A stretch of 61,413 bases of DNA, counting the filler. It is 7 parts of 7 records of this genome, joined end to end, with 100 filler letters (N's around TTAATTAATTAA, not from the genome) between each part and the next. Parts side by side here need not be neighbours in the genome. Positions count along the whole stretch, not along the records: positions 55,604 to 61,413 come from SRR15195285_752; 6 more parts are not named here. One strand, given 5' to 3'. The notes below the pieces were generated by a model, which saw only the letters and a list, made by a program, of their open reading frames with translations, was not told the DNA's origin and did no database searches. Below, one piece after another: positions 58,601-61,413 of the stretch. The position numbers were made by a program, and so were the translations under genes. Position 1 is the stretch's first letter, and every line of letters begins with the position of its first letter.

Positions 58601-61356
58601 GCGTTATCTTGCCAGAGACGGAATGGGCGTACTGCAAGAAACAAGCCAAAGAAGGCAAATGTGCTAATGATTCCGAGCACCAGCTGCCAGAGGCCAGAAC
58701 CTCTACCGAGTAGCACAGAAATGCCAATCAGCAGCAGCTTCCTCAGCATTTCGAGTGGCTCCATATACATATTTCGAAAGCCATAAGCGTCGACAAGGGT
58801 AGAAACGCCACGAGACAGCGAGAGATCCCGTACTACGATCTCAGCCTCCGTTGCCTCTAGATTGTACTTCTCTGCAAGTTGGAGGCTCACTTGCAAGTAC
58901 TTGGTCGGCTCGGATTCGAAACGGGCTTCGTGGTTTTTGTGCTTGAACAAGGACCATAGCAGGTATGTTGGTGCTCCACAGCCGACGACGATAATCATAA
59001 CCATAGATACTACCTGTATGGCAAAGAGGTCGCTGCACATGACACGGTCATCAGCGACGAGGATACTTTGGACGCTTCGCTCCAGCTGCAATGTTCGGCA
59101 ATGGAAAGAAGAGAACGCCACGTACATAACTGAGGGATACAAAATGAACAGCAGGATCTCCAAATTTCGCTTCGCATGATCACGCGCAAGGGTCTCGTTG
59201 GACATGGCCCGCTCAGTTACGTAGGCAATAGCAGCTAGCAACACTAGCGTTGAAGGCCAAAGGAGTGCTCTGATGAAAAAGGTAGTTTGGAAGTCATCCA
59301 CATCGCCACATTCGGTGATAAACCTCCATACTTGGAGCAGCAGCCTGACTCGATTTTGCATGACCAACAAACTATCGGGCCATGACGCCCTGAGGACAGC
59401 TGAAAGCAACCCAATGAGCTGAAAATGGGAGAAGGTTATGCGCAGCGGTTGGATCGCAGCTCGCAAAACTAGCCGAAGACACAGCGTGCGCCCGAACCAC
59501 AACACTGTGAAAGTGGAAGATGCCTGCATCTCTTCTCCTTGCTGCATACCAGGTACGAGATTCCACCCCCTCTTGGGCCGCCAGCGGTAGTTTGCCGCTG
59601 CAAGCACCAGCGCCACGAGCACAAAACCCAACAGCAGCACAACAACGACCGTGGCAGTGGCTGAACCTTTGGCGTCACACGAGACACAATCGTAATTGGC
59701 ATCGAGGAAGTATTCCTCCTCGCAACTCTGGCAGAGCGCTCCCGTATGCCCGGCATCACACCCCGCGGAATTCCTTCGCGCACCAGCGCAGCCCCTGAGA
59801 CTGTCACACTGAAACGCAATCCGCAGCTTGGGGTCCGATTGCATTTTCTCGACGTTACTTTCAGGCTCCACCCAATTTTCGTTTAGCAGCGGAGGACTCT
59901 GCCCTCCAGCGCACGTAGCACAGTTTGGGCACGGTTGGCACGTAAATTCCGGTGTTTCTACCATCACAGGATCAATATCGTCGTCATAGCAGAGCAAAGT
60001 ACCGGCGGAGGTGTTGTAGTACGATTGCGCACATTCGCACTCTCTCTCTGTTGCCGACAGCCTCAGTGCTAGGTCGTCACAAGATATTGGTGCTAGCCGC
60101 GGCAGAGACGGCGATGATGGTGCGCAGGGGCAACCGTAGCATCGATCTGGCTCGCAGCACGACACAGCGTCAGCACCGCTAGGCGTTGTATCGCAAACGG
60201 TGCCGGCACATCGAGTGTTAGAAGCGGTGAGGTTGCGCTTAAACCCTCCTTCGCAGTCGCTGTCAGCGATACTGCCGCATATAGCCCGCTGGGCACACCC
60301 AGAAAACTCGAACTCCGTGTTTGGACTTGAACAAGAGACTGTCGGCGGTACATCTGTCCGCTCCATTACATGGGTCTCCATGATACAGCCGATGGTGCCA
60401 AGGGCAGCAACAGTGGTGGCACCTGGATTTGCTACAATGTAGCCAAGCCGCGTCAGTCGCGAGATATCTGCTGCAACGCAGGCATTCGGGACACAGCCAC
60501 TTAACTCAAACTGCTCCAAGTCGTGGGGACACGCTGCCTTTAGGCCTGTGCTGGCTTGGTGAAAGCCATCAGAACAAGAAATCTGCCCGAGGCTGGAAAC
60601 CGTCCGAGCGGATGGGTGTTCAATACTGTATCCCGGCTCCATAGATGCGTTGACTGGTTGGCAACGATTATCGGTGCAACAGGTGGACCGGTCAACATCT
60701 AAATCACATGTGGAGTTCACACACAGCGCGTCCGTTGGCTTGAAGCCTGGTTCACAGCGCAGTGTGCTACATGCCGCCCTGCGCACACAGCCGTCAAAGC
60801 TAAACGAGCCGTTGGGTAAACATGAAACAACTGGTACTTGGCGTTGCACGTGAGTCTGACGGAAGCACTCAACTCCACCGAGGGTGGTGGCAGTCGTTGC
60901 ATCGGGGTGTTCGACTATATAGCCCATTTGCTGCAGTTCCTCGGGTGTCATTGGCTGGCATGCGTTGTTGTCTAGGTGGCAGTTGCTGGTACTGCAAGAT
61001 AACCGATCGAGACTTGAGCATTCGTTTGCTGGGCAAGCGATACATGTCAGTCCATCAAGAGAGCGAGTGTTGTCCGGACAAGGGTCGCATAACACGGAGC
61101 CGTTGCGGTAAGCACACTCAGAGCCTGTGGTGAAACCGTTTGAGGTGTTGCACGGGTAAAGGTCGCATCCGGACAAGTCCGGCACACGTAACGAGCGAGT
61201 GCCGCCCAAAAACGGGCTGAACGAGGTATTGAAGACATACATCCGCTTTGATCGATCATTTGCGTACAGGTGGTCACCGGAATCGGCTGCTTGGTTGTTC
61301 GAGAACGTGGAGCCCCGGATGTCGACTTGCCCTGAACTAACGTAGATCGCGCCGCC
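55604..61356 (-). CDS. Partial multipass receptor: beta-helix repeat, Cys-rich ectodomain, multi-TM, TIR, degenerate TIR, TKL-type protein kinase, SAM-like; exons 61356-56615 and 56510-55604 (both ends incomplete)
   Basis: GGAIY..FSNNQA; TIR VFLSHY..WYD..FVLYLT..FCRKEIRWA; kinase SGAFGDVWRG, VAVK, HMDLKSCNIL joined across a GTAAGT..CAG intron to DFG, YMAPE and DVYSFG; VQRWLHEIGL. Confidence 0.88.
56367..56402 (-). repeat. 9-bp tandem repeat x4 encoding (RDS)n in the kinase activation loop
   Basis: CTGTCCCTG x4 on the + strand. Confidence 0.9.
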
Positions 61357-61413
61357 CTAATAGACGCACCTCACGGACATTAACCGAATAATTCACTACA
61401 AGTGACATGTAGG

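Overview
Eukaryotic (protist-type) genomic DNA, not a single locus. Seven unrelated contigs (1-27719, 27820-33191, 33292-41426, 41527-46918, 47019-51237, 51338-55503, 55604-61413) are joined by synthetic 100-nt linkers (N44-TTAATTAATTAA-N44). Short genes carry GT-AG introns: proteasome lid subunit RPN9/PSMD13, a DnaJ protein, a mitochondrial carrier, a PhyH-like dioxygenase with HEAT-like repeats, a TTL-family ligase, an EF-hand/RRM-like protein and a coiled-coil protein. Four large, nearly intron-free surface receptors dominate the window: a ~7250-aa giant, a beta-helix-repeat multipass protein, a polycystin-1-like REJ/GAIN protein ending in SAM, and a multipass receptor fused to TIR, TIR-like, non-RD kinase and SAM-like domains. 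The two strongest observations are (1) this single-chain TIR-kinase receptor, a candidate innate-immune sensor, and (2) repeated Russian-doll nesting of domains inside other domains, involving small Cys-rich modules shared between proteins on different contigs. All domain calls are by eye from motifs; no searches were run.
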